From: Squalus acanthias | Taxonomy: Eukaryota | Direction of reading: 5' to 3' | NCBI GenBank assembly: GCA_030390025.1 | Contig: CM059431.1 | Location: forward strand, 126,792,001-126,856,000 | Length of the DNA: 64,000 bases | Shown here: positions 1-14,509 of the stretch, in pieces | Layout: each line of letters begins with the position of its first letter | Numbering within the stretch: position 1 is the stretch's first letter | Position numbers and translations under genes: made by a program | Notes under the pieces: generated by a model | What the model was told of the DNA's origin: nothing | Seen by the model: only the letters and a program-made list of their open reading frames with translations | Database searches by the model: none

Positions 1-2696
1 CAGGCACTTGTTTACCTGCTATATTAAATTCTGGGACTAGATTTGAATGGTTTGATAACAAATATCATTGGCATGATACAGTTGACAAGTAACAACATTA
101 TGATCCGAGATTATTTGATTTGTAAGTGCGTGTATAGATATATTGCCATGTGTCACCTGTGTTGGGAGTTATTTTATTGAAAAGGATCAGTAACAAAGAA
201 AACTTTCTACCATGAACAGCATCACTTTTAAGACATTTAGATTACGTTTTGCAAGGCTTTACAATTCCACTGTGTAAGAGTCAAAATCAACAGTACACCA
301 AAGCTTACCACAAATTACCGAACAAAATCGCATATTTTCAGACACTTCAAATGTGAGTTTTAATAATAATGTTCAAATTGAATTATTGAAAATTTTGATC
401 AAGAAACAATTGAAAAATTGGAAGGAATGTACCTTTAATTCAAATTGATTATGCGCAATCAAAAACAACACAGCAGGTAGATCAGCATCTGTAGATGGTC
501 TGGGATTGGACCCTTTGTCAGAATTGAGAAATTAACTCTCAGTTCTGGCCCTAAGACAGAATTGAATACTCATATCGGATGAATTGTTCTCAGATGCTCA
601 ATGGCATGGTGTGGATTGCCAGCGTTTTCTCGATTTCCAGCATTTGCAGGTATTTATTTGGTTTTTGATTTATTTTTGTGAACAATGCAATGCATTTAAA
701 GTACATCGATGCGATTATTCAAATATTAACTGCTGTCAATTGCATGGATCAAGCTAGTTTGGGAATATAAAATTAAATTCTGTGACTCACAGCAAGAACG
801 GTTACCTATTCCTGTTTCATTTCGCTAATACTTTAAACCTGGCAGAATTATTGCTCATAATAATAGCATACCAATCATGGATTTAAGCAACATTTTTACA
901 ACTTAAATGGAATTATTTTAGGATTCAGTATTTTAACTAATTATGGGCTTATGTAAATGCAACTAAAAGGACATTAGTCAGTTAATGGAGCAACATATAA
1001 CTTAGATTTTAATATAATAAGTGGTTTCCTGTAATGAAACTCAGAGTTGGTTGTTAATAAGTACTGCACTGGAGTGTCAGCCCAGATTACGCACTCAAGT
1101 CTCTGAAATGGGGCTTGAACCCAAAACCTTCTGATAACTCCAAGAAAGTTAGTGGAAATTTTAACTTATATTGCTGGTTGAAAAATGGATGATAGCGAAT
1201 TGGTAGCCCATTTAACACCTCACCCGATTTTCTTTTCCGTTGACTTCAAAAAGTTAGAATGACCCCCAAGGGATCTTACAAAAAAGGAAATGTTAAGTCT
1301 ACTATCAAAAGTTAATTGTTGAACGATTATGTCTCACTGATTATTTCATGATAAGTGGAATGAAATACAGGCTAAGCTTACGAACCCACATGCATTGCAA
1401 AATAGTGGTGCCAATTTTCTCTTGGGAAAAATCATCATCAGCCAGAAGTATCGAGTTGATGGTCCATTCCCGGCCTCCTGCTGAGGACCCCACCATGAAA
1501 AGACCTGGTAAATTAATCTGCAGGATGTCAAAATCTTTGCATTCTTTGTTCGGAAGTCAGTGATGAAAGGTCATCAATTTAAAATTGTCACTAAGACAGT
1601 GAGAAGAAAAGTTGGGAGAAATATCTTTTTTTAGAGAGTTGTTGATGCATGTAATACTTTGGCACGGGGAGTGGTTGAGGCAGGGAGCATGGCACGTTTT
1701 AAATAAGAAGTGGATCTAATTTTAGGCACAGGAAAAATACAGGGATACAAGGAAAAAGCAGGACTCCTGACAAGGGGAGGTAGTCTATATCTATTCACCC
1801 TATCAAATCCTTCATAATGTAAAAAACCTCAATTAAATCTCCTCTTAACCTTCACCGCTACATTGGAAATAATCCCAGTGTTTCAAATCTCTCCTCATAA
1901 TTATATAATTTTCCATCCCGGGCTTCGTCCTGGTGAGTCTATGCTGAAAGCTCTCTATGCCTTTCTGGTCTGTTAAAATCTGCTTTGACCTCTTTGTCAG
2001 CTTTAATAATTTGTCCTAATCTACTTTATCAATTTCATCAATCTATTTTATCATAATATAAGTATATCTTATAAAGCATCCTACCTCACTTTTAAACTTG
2101 TTTTCATTTGTAGTGCTTTGCCAGTGATCTTGCAGCCTTTTGGATTGTAGTCGATCCATTAGCAACCCTTAGTTATGAAGCAAAACTCACTCACTGATAA
2201 CCATTACTTACAAATCAAAAGTTTCATAATGGCCCAGATTTTGAGGTAAAAATAATGGTGAGGCTATCAGTTGTCCTGCTCCTCCAGAAGGTTCGCTGTA
2301 TTGGCTGTTTTACAAAGAATGTGATTTTTCTGATTTACAAAGTATAACAAAGTATTTACAACACAGAAAAAGGTCATTTGGGCCCAAGAGGTCCATGCCG
2401 ATGTTTAAGCTCCACACGAGCCTCCTCCTACCTTATTTCATCTAAACCCATCAACATATCCTTCTACTCCTTTCTCCCTCATGTGCTTATCTAGCTTCCC
2501 CTTAAATGCATTTGTGCTATTCGCCTCAATTAATCCTTGTGGTAGCAAGTTCCAGATTCTAGCTACTCTCTAAGAAAAGAAGTTTCTCCTGAATTCCCCA
2601 TTGGATTTATCAGTGTCTATCTTATATTTATGGCTCTTAGTTCTGGTCTCACCTGCAAGTGGAAAAATCTTCTCTACATCTACCCTATCAAACGCT

Positions 2697-3933
2697 TTCT
2701 TTTTTTTTGATTTGTTTATGGGATGTGGGCATCACTGGCAAGGCCAGCATTTATTGCCAATCCCTAATTGCCCTTGAGAAGGTGGTGGTGATCCGCCTTC
2801 TTGAACTGCTGCAGTCCGTGTGGTGAAGGTACTCCCACAGTGCTGTTAGGTAGGGAGTTCCAGGAATTTGACCCAGTGATGATGAAGGATCGGCGATATA
2901 TTTCCAAATTAGGATGGTGTGTGACTTGGAGGGGAACTTGGAGGTGGTGGTGTTCCCATGCGCCTGCTGCCCTTGTCCTTCTAGGTGGAAGAGATCGGGT
3001 TTGGGAGGTGCTGCTGAAGAAGCCTTGGCAAGTTGCTGCAGTGCATCTTGTAGATGGTACACACTGCAGCCATGTTGCACCAGTGGTGGAGTGAGTGAAT
3101 GTTTAAGGTGGTGGATGGGGTGCCAATCAAGCGGGCTGCTTTGTCCTGGATGGTGTCGAGCTTCTTGAGTGTTGTTGGAGCTGCACTCATCCAGGCAAGT
3201 GGAGAGTATTCCATCACACTCCTGATTTGTGCCTTGTAGGTGGCGGAAAGGATTTGGGGAGTCAGGAGGTGGGTCATTTGCCAAGAATACTCAGCCTTGT
3301 CGCCACAGTATTTATGTGGCTGGTCCAGTTAAGTTTCTTGTCAATGGTGACCCCCAGGATGTTGATGGTGGGGGATTCGACGAAGGTACTGCCATTGAAT
3401 ATCAAGGGGAGGTGGTTAGACTCTCTCTTGTTGGAGATGGTTGTTGGCTAGCACTTGTGTGGCATGATTGTTACTTGCCACTTATTTGCCCAAGCCTGTA
3501 TGTAGTCCAAGACTTGCTGCATGTGGGCACAGACTGCTTTATTATCTGAGGAATTGCAAATGGAACTCAACACTGTGCAATCATCAGCGAACATCCCAAC
3601 TTCTGAAGGTCATTGATAAAGCAGCTGAAGATGGACTGACCTAGTACACTGCCCTGAGGAACTCCTGCAATGAAGTCCTGGCCATCCAGCAACCACAACC
3701 ATCTTCCTTCATGCTAGGAATGTCTCCAGCCAGTGGAGAGTTTTTCCCTGATCCCCATTGACTTTAATTTTACTAGAGCTCCTTGGTGCCAAATGCTGCC
3801 TTGATGTCAAGGGCAGTCACTCTCACCTCAGCTCTAGAATTCAGCTCTATTGTCCATGTTTGGACCAAGATTGTAATGAGATCTGGAGCCCTGTGGTCCT
3901 GGCGGAACCCAAACTCAGCATCGATGAGCAGGT
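2697..3933 (-). mobile_element. LINE 3' fragment (CR1/L2-superfamily-like RT C-terminus), degenerate
   Basis: ORF 2981-3277 (SVMEYSPLAWMSAAPTTLKKLDTIQDKAARLIG) matches the copies at 22331-23047 and 60636-61586. The T-run at ~2697-2708 is the A-rich tail. Abuts a CR1 3' tail at 3934. Confidence 0.85.
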
Positions 3934-5921
3934 TAGAATCATAGAATCATATAGAATCATAGAATGGTTACAGCATGGAAGAAGGCCATTCGGCCCATTG
4001 AGCCCGTGCTGACTCTCAGCTAGTCCCACCCCCCTGCCTTTTCCCTGCAGCCCTGCAAATTTTGTTCCTTCAGATACTATCCAACTCCCTTTTGAAAAAT
4101 AAGATTGAGTCTGCCTCCACCACCCTCTCAGGCAGTGCATTCCAGATCTTAACCACTCGCTGCATAAAAAAGTTTTTCCTCATGTTGCCTTTGGTTCTTT
4201 TGCCGATCACCTTAAATCTGTGTCCTCTGGTTCTTGACCCTTCCGTCAATGGGAACAGTTTCTCTCTGCCTACTCTGTCCAGACCCCTCATGATTTTGAA
4301 TACCTCTATCAAATCTCCTCTCAATCTTCTCTGCTTCAAGGAGAACAACCCCAGCTACTCCAGTCTATCAATGTAACTGAAGTCCCTCATTCCTGGAATC
4401 ATTCTTGTAAATCTTTTCTGCACCTTCTCTAAGGCCTTCACATCCTTCCTAAAGTGTGGTACCTAGAACTGGACACAATACTCCAGTTTGGACCGAACCA
4501 GTGTTTTATTCAGGTTCATCATAATTTCCACACTTTTGTACTCTATACCTCTATTTATGAAGCCCAGGATCCCGTAAGCCTTTTTAACCGCTTTCTCAAC
4601 CTGCCCTGCCACCTTCCATGATTTGTGCACACATATCTCTGGTACTCTCTGTTCATTAACCCCCTTTAGGATTGTACCATTTAGTTTATATTGCCTCTCC
4701 TCATTCTTTCTAACAAAATGTATCACTTCGCACTTTTCTGTGTTAAATTTCATCTGCCACATGTCCGTCCATTTCACCAGCCTGTCTTATCTTCCTGAAG
4801 TCTATCACTATCCTCCTCACTGTTCACTATACTTCAAAGTTTTGTGTCATCTGCAAATTTTGAAATTGTGCCCTGTACACCCACGTCCAAGTCATTAATA
4901 GATATCAAGAAAAGCAGTGGTCCTAGAACCGACCCCTGGGGAATACCACTGTATACCTTCCTCCAGTCTGAAAAACAACCATTCACCACTACTCTGTTTC
5001 CTGTCACTTAGCCAATTTCGTATCCATGCTGCCACTGTCCCTTTTATTCCATGGCCTTCAACTTTGCTGGCAAGCCTATTCTGTGGCGCTTTGTCGAATG
5101 CCTTTTAGAAACCCATGTACACTACGCCAACCGTATTACCCTCATCAACCCTCTCTGTTACCTCATCAAAAAACTTGATCAAGTTGGTTAAACATGATTT
5201 GCCTTTAACAAATCCGTGCTGGCTTTCCTTCATGAATCCACACCTATCCAAATGACTGCTAGTTTTGTCCCTGATTACTGTTTCTAAAAGCTTCCCCACT
5301 ACCGAGATTAAACTGACTGGCCTGTAGTTCCTGTGTTTATCTTTACACCCTTTTTTGAACAATGGTGTGACACTTTCAATTCTCCAGTCCTCTGGCACCA
5401 CCCCCGTATCTATGGAAGATTGGAATATTATGGCCAGTACCTCCACGATTTCCACCCTCAATTCCATCAGCTTCCAAGGATGCATCCCATCTGCTCCTGG
5501 TGACTTATCTACTTTAAGTACAGCCAGCCTTTCTAATACCAACCTCTTTATCAATTTTTATCCTATCAAGTGTCTCCATGACCTCCTCCTTCACTACGTC
5601 TATGGCAACATCCTCTTCCTTGGTGAAGACAGATGCAAAGTACTCATTTAGTACCTTAGCCATACCCTCAGCCTCCATGCGTAGGTCTCTTTTTGGTCCC
5701 TAATCGGCCCCACCCCTCACCTTACTACCCTTTTATTATTTATATGCCTATAGAAGACTTTTGGATTACCTTTTATGTTGGCTGCCATTCTATTCTCATA
5801 CCCTCTCTTTGCCCCTCTTTTTTTTACACTTCTCCTCTTACCTTTCTATATATAGCCTGGTTCTCAGCTGTATTTGCAACCTGACATCTGTCATTCGCGC
5901 TCTTTTTCTGCTTCATCATAT

Positions 5922-8334
5922 TGTAAGGGGTTACGGTTCGGGGTGCTTGTGCGGGGTTAGGCCTTCGTTGCCTAATACTATTGCTTGCTCTGGTCTCCGG
6001 CCAGCCTTGTTGCAATAAGCACCTGTGAGTGGTTCGACCCACTCGCCCTTACGGTTCTAACACTGGACTTAGGTGCGAGAGCAGTAATGCAGAGAAAAAC
6101 TCAAATAGACCCGGTTGAATAGTACGAAATGGAAATCTTTATTGCATAACGTCCAAAATCATGAAGTACATGTCATAGGCACAAATTAATGACAGTACAA
6201 GTATACATACATTCATAAAACTTGGTCTAGGGTAATGAGGAACGCACGGCACATCGTAAAAAGGGGAACACATTGGCCCAAAAATTCGTGAGGAAGCCTT
6301 CGTGCGAGGGTAAGGCTTCCCCGCGATCTCTCACTGCGCGTTGGCTTTTTCAGTTCCAGCTCGCACGAACTTGATGTTCTGGACAGCTGCTGTGCTGGGC
6401 TTGCGTATCCCACAGGCGCAGTTAATTCGTGCGAGCTGTGGAATCACGTGACTCAGTTAGAGCCAATGGCAGCACACCATCTTCCATTCATAACTTTCAC
6501 ATAAGTGCTGTGAAAGCTATGAATCGAAACCCCCCAAAAGTACAGCTAAACCTCAATTAAATTTAAAAAAAAAACATCGCATTAATAAAATAAGTATAGT
6601 TAAATAAATTAACCATTTTAAATAAAAAATTAAATTTTTGAAAAAATTTAAAATCTTTTAAAAAGTTATAAAAATAAACTTACCTGTCTTTAAAGTCTCT
6701 AAAAAAGATATACCTGTTAAAAAAAATTCAAAATAATACTTAATTCACTACTTACCTTGTTAAAAGTGGGTCTTACTCCTCCTTTTTTTACGTGTAAAAT
6801 CTTCCGTACTTACCTGCGCGTTGAAACCACTAAGTGCACTGCATGCGCGCAGCCTGTAGCGTGCACGCGGTTCAGCTAGGAACCGCCCCCTTTTCCATTC
6901 ACCAAGTGCCGGTTTTCAGCGCAGAAAACCGGCAATTGGAGACAGAATACGCGAGAGTACGCACTGCGGCACTAATTTTTGGGCCATTATATTTATCCTT
7001 AATAAAACCACCCTCCCCTATTAATACCTACACTAATCTAGATTTGTAGGATCGAGGAAACATGCTCACTACTCGTGATACTTCGAAGAATTTTAAAGTA
7101 AGGCACTCGGCTTGTTTCGCTGCAACACCTGACTGTCACGTGTTGGAAGGGGTCTCTGTACCCCACTCGTTTATCTTCTCTGCTGCTGCAAGCAGGCTGG
7201 GCTCCCTGTTGTCATGAAGAACTCGACAGTGCTCGGGCCCGGCTGTAGAACTCAAAGAAAAGTCTTTCTGGACGGACACCAGTTAACCGGTAAAATTCAA
7301 AGAAGGGTCTTCCTGTATTGACACCGGTTGTCGATAGAATTCGAAAGAGAGTCTTCCACTGGTTCGGCAGCAACCTGATAGAGTTCAAAAATGATCTTTA
7401 TATTTACGGGCACGGTCGGGGTTTACTGACCGCGGCGGCACATGGATTCTTCTTCTTCTTTTCTCATCTCGTCTCGTCGGGCCTTCGGGTCCAGAACACC
7501 GTTTACCGACCCTCGGGATGGTGCACCCGGTTACTGGCCTTCGTTGAGGCGGCTTGCTCCAAATTGTGCTCCACCCAACATAGGAGAATAAAAGTTCAGC
7601 CCGCGTCCAGAGTCAGTTCAAACGAATCAGCCCCGGGAGGATCAGCGGAATAAGAGAGTTCAGCAGCCAGCAGCGAGATAAGAGTCAAGAGTCAAGAGAG
7701 CGATGGACATTTGTTCACTATAGTTATAGTGCTGTGTTTTCCTTATCTCCCGCCCAATCTTAATGTTCATCCTTTGTAAAATCTTGGCGCTCAAAATTCT
7801 CAGTATGGGGTGATTTTTGTTTGTAATGGGTTTCGGTAGCACCTTAAACTGGCCAACTACCCGTTAATGTTTTTCCCATTGTCGAACCGGCTAGGAGCCT
7901 CCCTGGCAGGGTTTTGGGGGCCTCTGAATACTTGTGTAAGTACCCGAGAATGGCTCTCTCATTGTAGAGCCGTGGGGAATTTGCGTATTGATGTATCTGG
8001 ATGGGCCTTCGATTGCCCAGTACAATGGTCCTTACTTGTGCATGGAAAATGATTCCAGTACTTATATCTTTGCTATTGTGTCGAATGCAGACAGGTTGCA
8101 TCCTGTCTTTATCAGTGTTTGCTGCGTATTAACCAATCTTATACTGAAATGCTTATTCGAACGCCATTTTGTCTGCCCACTGAAAATTCTGGAAGCTTCT
8201 GCCACGAGGCGCGGTGGCCATTTTACAGGCTTCTGTGTCCTGTTTAATCATGACAGCATTTCGTTGAAATAAAACTGATGAAACGAATCTGCTTTATCTC
8301 GTTATTTCGAATCGCGATAATTGCGAATTTTACA
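5922..8334 (-). mobile_element. Solo LTR family A, copy 1 (~1.7 kb plus a nested MITE)
   Basis: Termini TGTAAG...TTTACA; TSD ATAT at 5918-5921 and 8335-8338. Homologous to three other copies in the window. AATAAA lies on the minus strand. Confidence 0.85.
6275..6985. mobile_element. Harbinger-type MITE, family M, copy 1
   Basis: 12 bp TIR GGCCCAAAAATT/AATTTTTGGGCC; 3 bp TSD ATT. Absent from the other LTR-A copies. Confidence 0.9.
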
Positions 8335-9044
8335 ATATTCTCTATCTGTTTCATCATCCAGGGAGCCCTGACTTTTGTTGCCCTGCCGTTCCCCCTAGTG
8401 GGAATGTACCTCAACTATACCTGAACTATTTCTTCTTTAAAGGCAGCCCATTGTTCCATTACAGTTTTGCCTGCCAATCTTTCATTCCAGTTTACCCGGG
8501 ACAGATCCGTTCTCATCCCACTGAATTAGCTTTCCCCCAGTTAAACATTTGTACTCTAGATTGCTCCCTGTCCTTTTCCATAGCTAATCTAAACCTTATG
8601 ATACTATGATTACTGTTCCCTAAATCTTCACCTACTGACACTTGCTCCACTTGACCTACTTCATTCCCCAGAACCAGATCCAGCAATGCCTCCTCCCTCG
8701 TCGGGCTGAAAAAATACTGATCAAGAAAGTTCTCCTGAACACACTTCAGAAATTCTTCCCCTTCTCTGCCCTTTACACTATTACGATCCCAGTCTTTTCG
8801 GATAGTTGAAGTCCCCCATTTTTACTACTCTATAGTTCTTGCACCTCTCTGTAATTTCTCTGCAATTTTGCTCCTCCATATCTTTCCTACTATTTGGTGG
8901 TCTATAGAATACACTTAGTAGTGCTAATGGCACCTATATTATTTCTTAACTCTAGCAAAAGAGATTCTGTCCTTGACCCCTCCAGGACATCCTCCCTCTC
9001 CAGCACTGTAACATTCTCCTTAACCAATACTGCCACACCACCGC

Positions 9045-9946
9045 CATGAAGTCACAGATTGTGGTGGAATACAATTCTGCTGCAGCTGATGGCCCACAGC
9101 ACCATATGGATGCCCAGTTTTGAGCTGCTAGATCTGTTCTGAATCTATCCCATTTAGCATGGTGGCAGTGTCAAACAACATGATGAAGGGCATTCTCAGT
9201 GTGAAGACGTGACTAAGTCCACACAGGATTTGTGCGGTGGTCACTCCTACCAATACTGTCATGGACAATTGCGTCTGTGACAGTGAGGACGAAGTCAAGT
9301 AGTTTTTTCCCTCATGTTGATTCTCTCACCACCTGCCGTGAACCCAGTCTGGCAGCTATATCCTTCAGGACTTGGCAAGCTCAGTCAGTAGAGGTGCTAC
9401 CGAGCCACTTTTGATGATGGACATTGAAGTCCCCCACCCAGAGTACATTCTGTGCCCTTACTACCCTCAGTGTTTCTTCCAAGTGGTGTTCAACATGGAG
9501 GAGTACTGATTCATCAGCTGAGGGAGGGCGGTAGTTGGTAATCAGCAGGAGGTTTCCTTTGCCCATGTTTGACATCATGGGGCCCGGAGTCAATGTTGAG
9601 GACTCCAAGGACTACTCCCGACTGTATACTGCTAGGCTGCCAACTCTGGTGGGTCTGTCTTGCCGGTGGGACAGGACAAACCCAGGGATGCGGATGGAAG
9701 AGTCTGGGACATTGGCTGAAAGGTATGATTCTGTGAGTATGACTATGTCAGCCTGTTGCTTGACTTGACTGTGGGCCAGATCTCCCAATTTTGGGACATG
9801 TCCCCTAGATTTTAGTGAGGAGGACTTTGCAGGGCCGACTGGGCTGGGTGCACCTTTGTCATGTTCGAATCCGATGCCAGGTGGCCCGACTGTTTTTTTT
9901 CTTATTAGACTTTTTCGTAGCAGTTTGGTACACCATAAGAGTCAAC
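9045..9946 (-). mobile_element. LINE APE-endonuclease region, probably the same family as 2697-3933
   Basis: ORF 9381-9608 has the APE endonuclease motifs YRPPS and GDFNVHH. Confidence 0.8.
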
Positions 9947-12900
9947 GGGCTAAAAATTTGGTTACGTAGCATCCGGTGTTTGAGCGCTACGGGTGCTGAA
10001 CTGGCTCAAAAATGGCGTCCGAGCAGTGCAGGCACATTTCTGGTGCGGGCTGCGCCGGATGCCATTTTGGTGAGGGCATTAGCATTGGCACTGGGAGCGT
10101 GTGCTGTAAGTATGCAGCGTAGGCAGATCGTGACGTCAATCAGCGTGTAAAGGTGATTGGACGCCAGAGCTGCCACTTTCGACCTCAACGCTGGAGCTAA
10201 CGCCCTCTCTTAACCTCACACAGCTGAACATATGTTCAGCAGCAGGAATGACCCCACACCAACACTATTTAAAGGGATAATTAACTAGTTCAGGGAGCAA
10301 TTTTCCTACCTCAACCTCAGCGAGTAACAGTGCATGCAACATCTCCGTTTTACTAGAGGTCCTCACTGAAAACTGCCACCTGCTGCAAGGCAGACCTGCA
10401 AGCCTCAGTCCAGGGCGAGGATGGCATTGCCATTGGTTGTATAGATGACCGTGGCCTTGAACTTCTTCGCGTCGGGCTCCTTCCAGGCTGGAGCAGGCGA
10501 CATCTGTAACATCTCTTAGTTTGCCATTCATTCCTGTATAAGGGAGGTGAGTGAGGCTCTGAAAGAAAAGACAGCTGAATACATTTCATTTTCTTTTGCC
10601 AGATGGAAGCATGCGGAGCAAGCACGTGGCTTTGCCAGGATAGCAGGCTTCCCCATGGTGCGGGGTGTCATTGACTGCACACACATCGCTTTGCGGGCGC
10701 CGCATCTCAATTTGGAGACATACCGCAACCGGAAGGGATTCCATTCCCTCAATTTCCAGCTGGTGTGTGACCACACTCAACGCATCATGCAGGTCAATGC
10801 CCGGTATCCTGGCAACAGCCATGATGCCTTCATTATGTAGCAGTCCGCTGTACCATCAGCATTTGTGCAACCACGACAATTGGGCGACAAGGGCTATCTG
10901 ACCACCTGACTCAGGAGTCCGCTGCACCCCATGCACACGTGGGCAGCATGCATATACTGAAAGCCATGTTGCCACACGAATCTGATTGGCATTCTTAAAC
11001 AACGCTTCCGAGCCCTGCATTACTCAGCAGAGTACGTCTCAAGATTCATCGTGATCTGCTGCATGGTCCACAATCTCGCAATCATGAGGGCACAGCCCTT
11101 GCCAACAGGAAAATGGTGACCAGATGAGGAGGAGGAAGCAGAAGGGAGGAGGCAGCCCAGAAAGCCCAATTATGCCCAGGCTGTCCGTGATTGACTCATC
11201 CAACTGCAATAGCAGTGAAAGCAACCCAAATTTCACATTTACCAATAGTCCCACACCTTACCTTCCCTCTGTTACTAACCATCACAGCGTCCTCTTGGCC
11301 ACAATGCTACAATAAAAGCCACCACAACAGAAACATTCCAAACCAATTTTATGAATCAAACTATTGTAATATTTCATTCTAAAGTCAACTAATCACCTTG
11401 GTGCCTGTCTTCTGTGTGCCTTTGCCTGTCCTAGTGCTCCTAAGCAGTGCTACCCCAGTGCTGCAGCATGGCTGGTGCAAGGCTGCTGTCTTTCAGTTGG
11501 AGAGACTGCAGATGGTCTTGCAGGACGAACGTGAGCAGCTCTGGGCCTGGCAGGCTTGGCTTCAGACTGCACCACCTTGGCGGCAGCAGTCTGGGCTGGC
11601 TGACAGGCAGCAGCAAGGGCACCGGCGGAGTGGCAGTGGTGGGAGAATGAATGTTGTCAACCTGAGAGAGGACAACAGGTTCGTGCTCCAAGGAGCCATT
11701 GCCACTCCCCCGGGGCAGTGCCTCAGCAATCCTAGTAATCTGTTGGAGGACAGACTGCTGGACTGCTGTGAAACCCTGCAAGCCCCTTTCAACACTGGTA
11801 AACCCAGCCATGATGGAAGCAAGCTGAGCTTTGTAGAATTTGCAATATATCGCGATTTTATTAATAAGGAGAAAACACAGAGTTTCGTTCAAACAGCTTT
11901 TATTTCAGCAGAATGCTGTCAGGTTTTTCAAAGTGGACACAAGCAGCCTGTAAAATGGCCGCCGCACCTCGTGACAGAACATTCTAGACTTTTCGACAGG
12001 CAGACAAGATGGCGTTCCAATAAACATTTGTGCAAGATCGATTAAGATTCAGCACATTGAAGATAATACACGAGACATTATGGGTTTGCAGTATACACAT
12101 AAATACTGAAATCGGTCTCCCAGGTACGAATGAAAGCTATTGTACCAAGTAATCAAGGGCCCATCCAAAGACATTAATATGTAAAATCCCAACGACTCTA
12201 CGATGAGAGAGCCGTTAGCGGGTAGTTATACAAAACACTTGGAAGCCCCAAAACCCCTCCAGGGAGAACACCGACCGATTTAACAATGGGAGAAATATTA
12301 ACAGGTACTCAGGCATTTACGAGTAGCCCCGAAACCCATTAAGAACGGAGATCACCCATACAAGACATTTGAGCGCCAAACCCAAACAAAAGAAAGGACA
12401 TTAAGGTTGGGCGGGAAACGGAAGATTTTGTACTATAATTACAAGCTCCAACCGTCCATCTTTCTCTTATTCTCTTATCCGATCGACTCGTATCCTCGTG
12501 GCTGCTCCTATGTTTTGACTCGTAGTCTTGTTCCTGCTTGCCTGGTGCCTCTTTGAAAAAGACTGTTGAACTTTATGATCCGTTCGGATCTACCTCGTGT
12601 CGCGTAACGAAGATCTATGTTGGTAACTGGCATCGGAACCAAAGGCCCGAGATGAGATGAGATGAGATGAGATGAGAAGAGAGGAAGACCATACTCATCG
12701 CCACGGTCAGTAAGCCCCGACCGCGCCTGTAGGTCGAATAGCCAAGTTTCCTTGCCAGGGAGACTTCTTTGAACTTGCAAGAACAGACCTCGGAAGATCC
12801 TCCAAGATGATATTGACTGGTCTGTGAAACCCATCCGGACAGTGCCTGTTAAACCAACCAACACAGATCTTCATCACAGCAGACGTTCCAGCCTGCTAGC

Positions 12901-14100
12901 CGGAGCAGAAGCAAGTAAACAAGTGGGACCAGGAGACCTCCTGATCGACACGTGGGTGCTGTGGTGAAAACATCCGATCAGCTATTCGGAATTTCTCCGA
13001 GTTATCACGAGTGGTGAGCATGAGTCTCGAATCTTACGAATCTAGCTAGGACAGATATTGATAGGGGAGGGTTTAAGTATTAAGGATACTTGTAATGTGT
13101 GCCCCTATTTACGGTGTGTCGTTCGTTCCTCGTTTCCCTAGAATTAGCTATATAACTGCGTGTAAGATTGTACTGTCATTAATCTGTGCTTATGACATGT
13201 ATTTCGTAATCTTAAATATCATGCAATAAAGATTTTCCATTTCGTACCATTCAACCGAGTCTACATGAGTTTCATCTCCATTACTGCTCTCGCATCTAAG
13301 TCCAGTGTCTAGAACCGTAAGGGCGAGTGATTCGAACCACTCACAGGTGTGTCTAGTGCTCCCAGACTGGCTGGAGATCAGAACAGGCAACAAGGCCTAA
13401 ACCCGCACTGACATACAGGCTGCACAGAGCCGCGTGAATCTCACAGGCTGAGAGACACGCACGTCAAATCCCTTACAGCTTGCATGACTTCAGTCTGAGC
13501 TTCCATTGCTGCATTCAGCTATTGGGTGGCTTCTGCTTGAGCTGCAATGGAAACTGAGACATCGGCCATCAAACACTGGATGATGGTTGGGTCCACAAGT
13601 GCATTAATGGATCTGCCCACCCCTTCCACACTGAAAAGGATGGGCTGCAAGCTCTGAGCAAAGCCTTGTGCAAGGTTGGAGCTGGACTTGACATTGCACT
13701 CAGGCTTTCTGGCAGGCCTGCCAATGCACTAAGCATTTTGTTGTGCATACCCATCAGCTTTGTTCTGTAGGCCACCTCATCAAAGTCTTTATCTGAGTTC
13801 TGCACAGAACTCGTGTGCGACCTTGTCCTCCGGGGAGCTGGCACCTGCGCTACCCTTGCCCCCTGCCGTGACTCGTGCCCGGTGACTTACCATGTGCAGA
13901 TCCCACCTCTAAGCTACCCTCTATAGTCCGCACAGTGCCAGTATCTGAGCTGGTGACTGCGACTGTCAGATTGAGTGACGTGTTTCTTCTTCATCATCAC
14001 TCTCCTCTTCCTCTTGCACCACTGCCTGGCCAGGTTGGATTTCTTGGGTCTTGGCAAAGGTACAAGGGTAGGGTTCTGGTGAGGGGGACGGGTGGGGGGG
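9947..14100 (+). mobile_element. Decayed Harbinger element: transposase remnant (+, ~10320-11210) and Myb/MADF gene remnant (-), right end missing
   Basis: Left TIR GGGCTAAAAATT. ORF 10547-10840 has GFPMVRGVIDCTHIAL...NRKGFHSLN...YPGNSHDAFI. Minus ORFs 13569-13844 and 11440-11892 resemble MADF exon 3 of the 51916-56117 element. Confidence 0.85.
11832..13477 (+). mobile_element. Solo LTR family A, copy 2 (more diverged subfamily)
   Basis: TGTAG...TTACA; TSD GCTT at 11828-11831 and 13478-13481; AATAAA near 13225; (GAGAT)n run at ~12648-12677. Confidence 0.85.
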
Positions 14101-14509
14101 AAGGAAATCCAAAGCTGTCCTTTCCCAATATCCACATATATACATTTTGCAAGCAGGGGCTAATAACCAGCAATCAGGAGTGGTAATCACCCTTGGCTCA
14201 GTTCAGGATTCATTGTTCATTTGTAGCACCTCTACTGCTAAATCAGATGACGTCAGCTAATTCAACCCAGACCAGGAATCCAAATGGCCTTATGCTCTGT
14301 GTGACTCATTTATCAACCGAGCAATCAGGGAGCTTAAAGAGCTAAATTCTACAACAAAGTGCAAAAACCTTGTATGTGTTGCAAGCTGTATTTTCATATG
14401 TGGTGCTGGTGCCACATATTAATCTATTTTTCATGAGTTATGTTAGCACATCATACTGATATATAAACAATGCATAGTGAAATTCTCTTCACATTAACTT
14501 GGTTTTAAT

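Larger units (their letters stand above)
3934..9045 (-). mobile_element. CR1 LINE, 5'-truncated, interrupted by a solo LTR (5922-8334)
   Basis: Minus-strand ORFs with CR1 RT motifs (NYRPVSLISVVGKLLE, QHGFVKGKSCLTNL, RRLRGDLIEVFKI, VVKIWNALP). (ATTCTATG)n-type tail at 3934-3965. The sequence resumes at 8339. Confidence 0.9.

Noticed and set aside
6806..6817. U1 snRNA 5' end (TACTTACCTG)
   Set aside because: No further U1 sequence follows; it is a splice-donor consensus on the opposite strand within a MITE.
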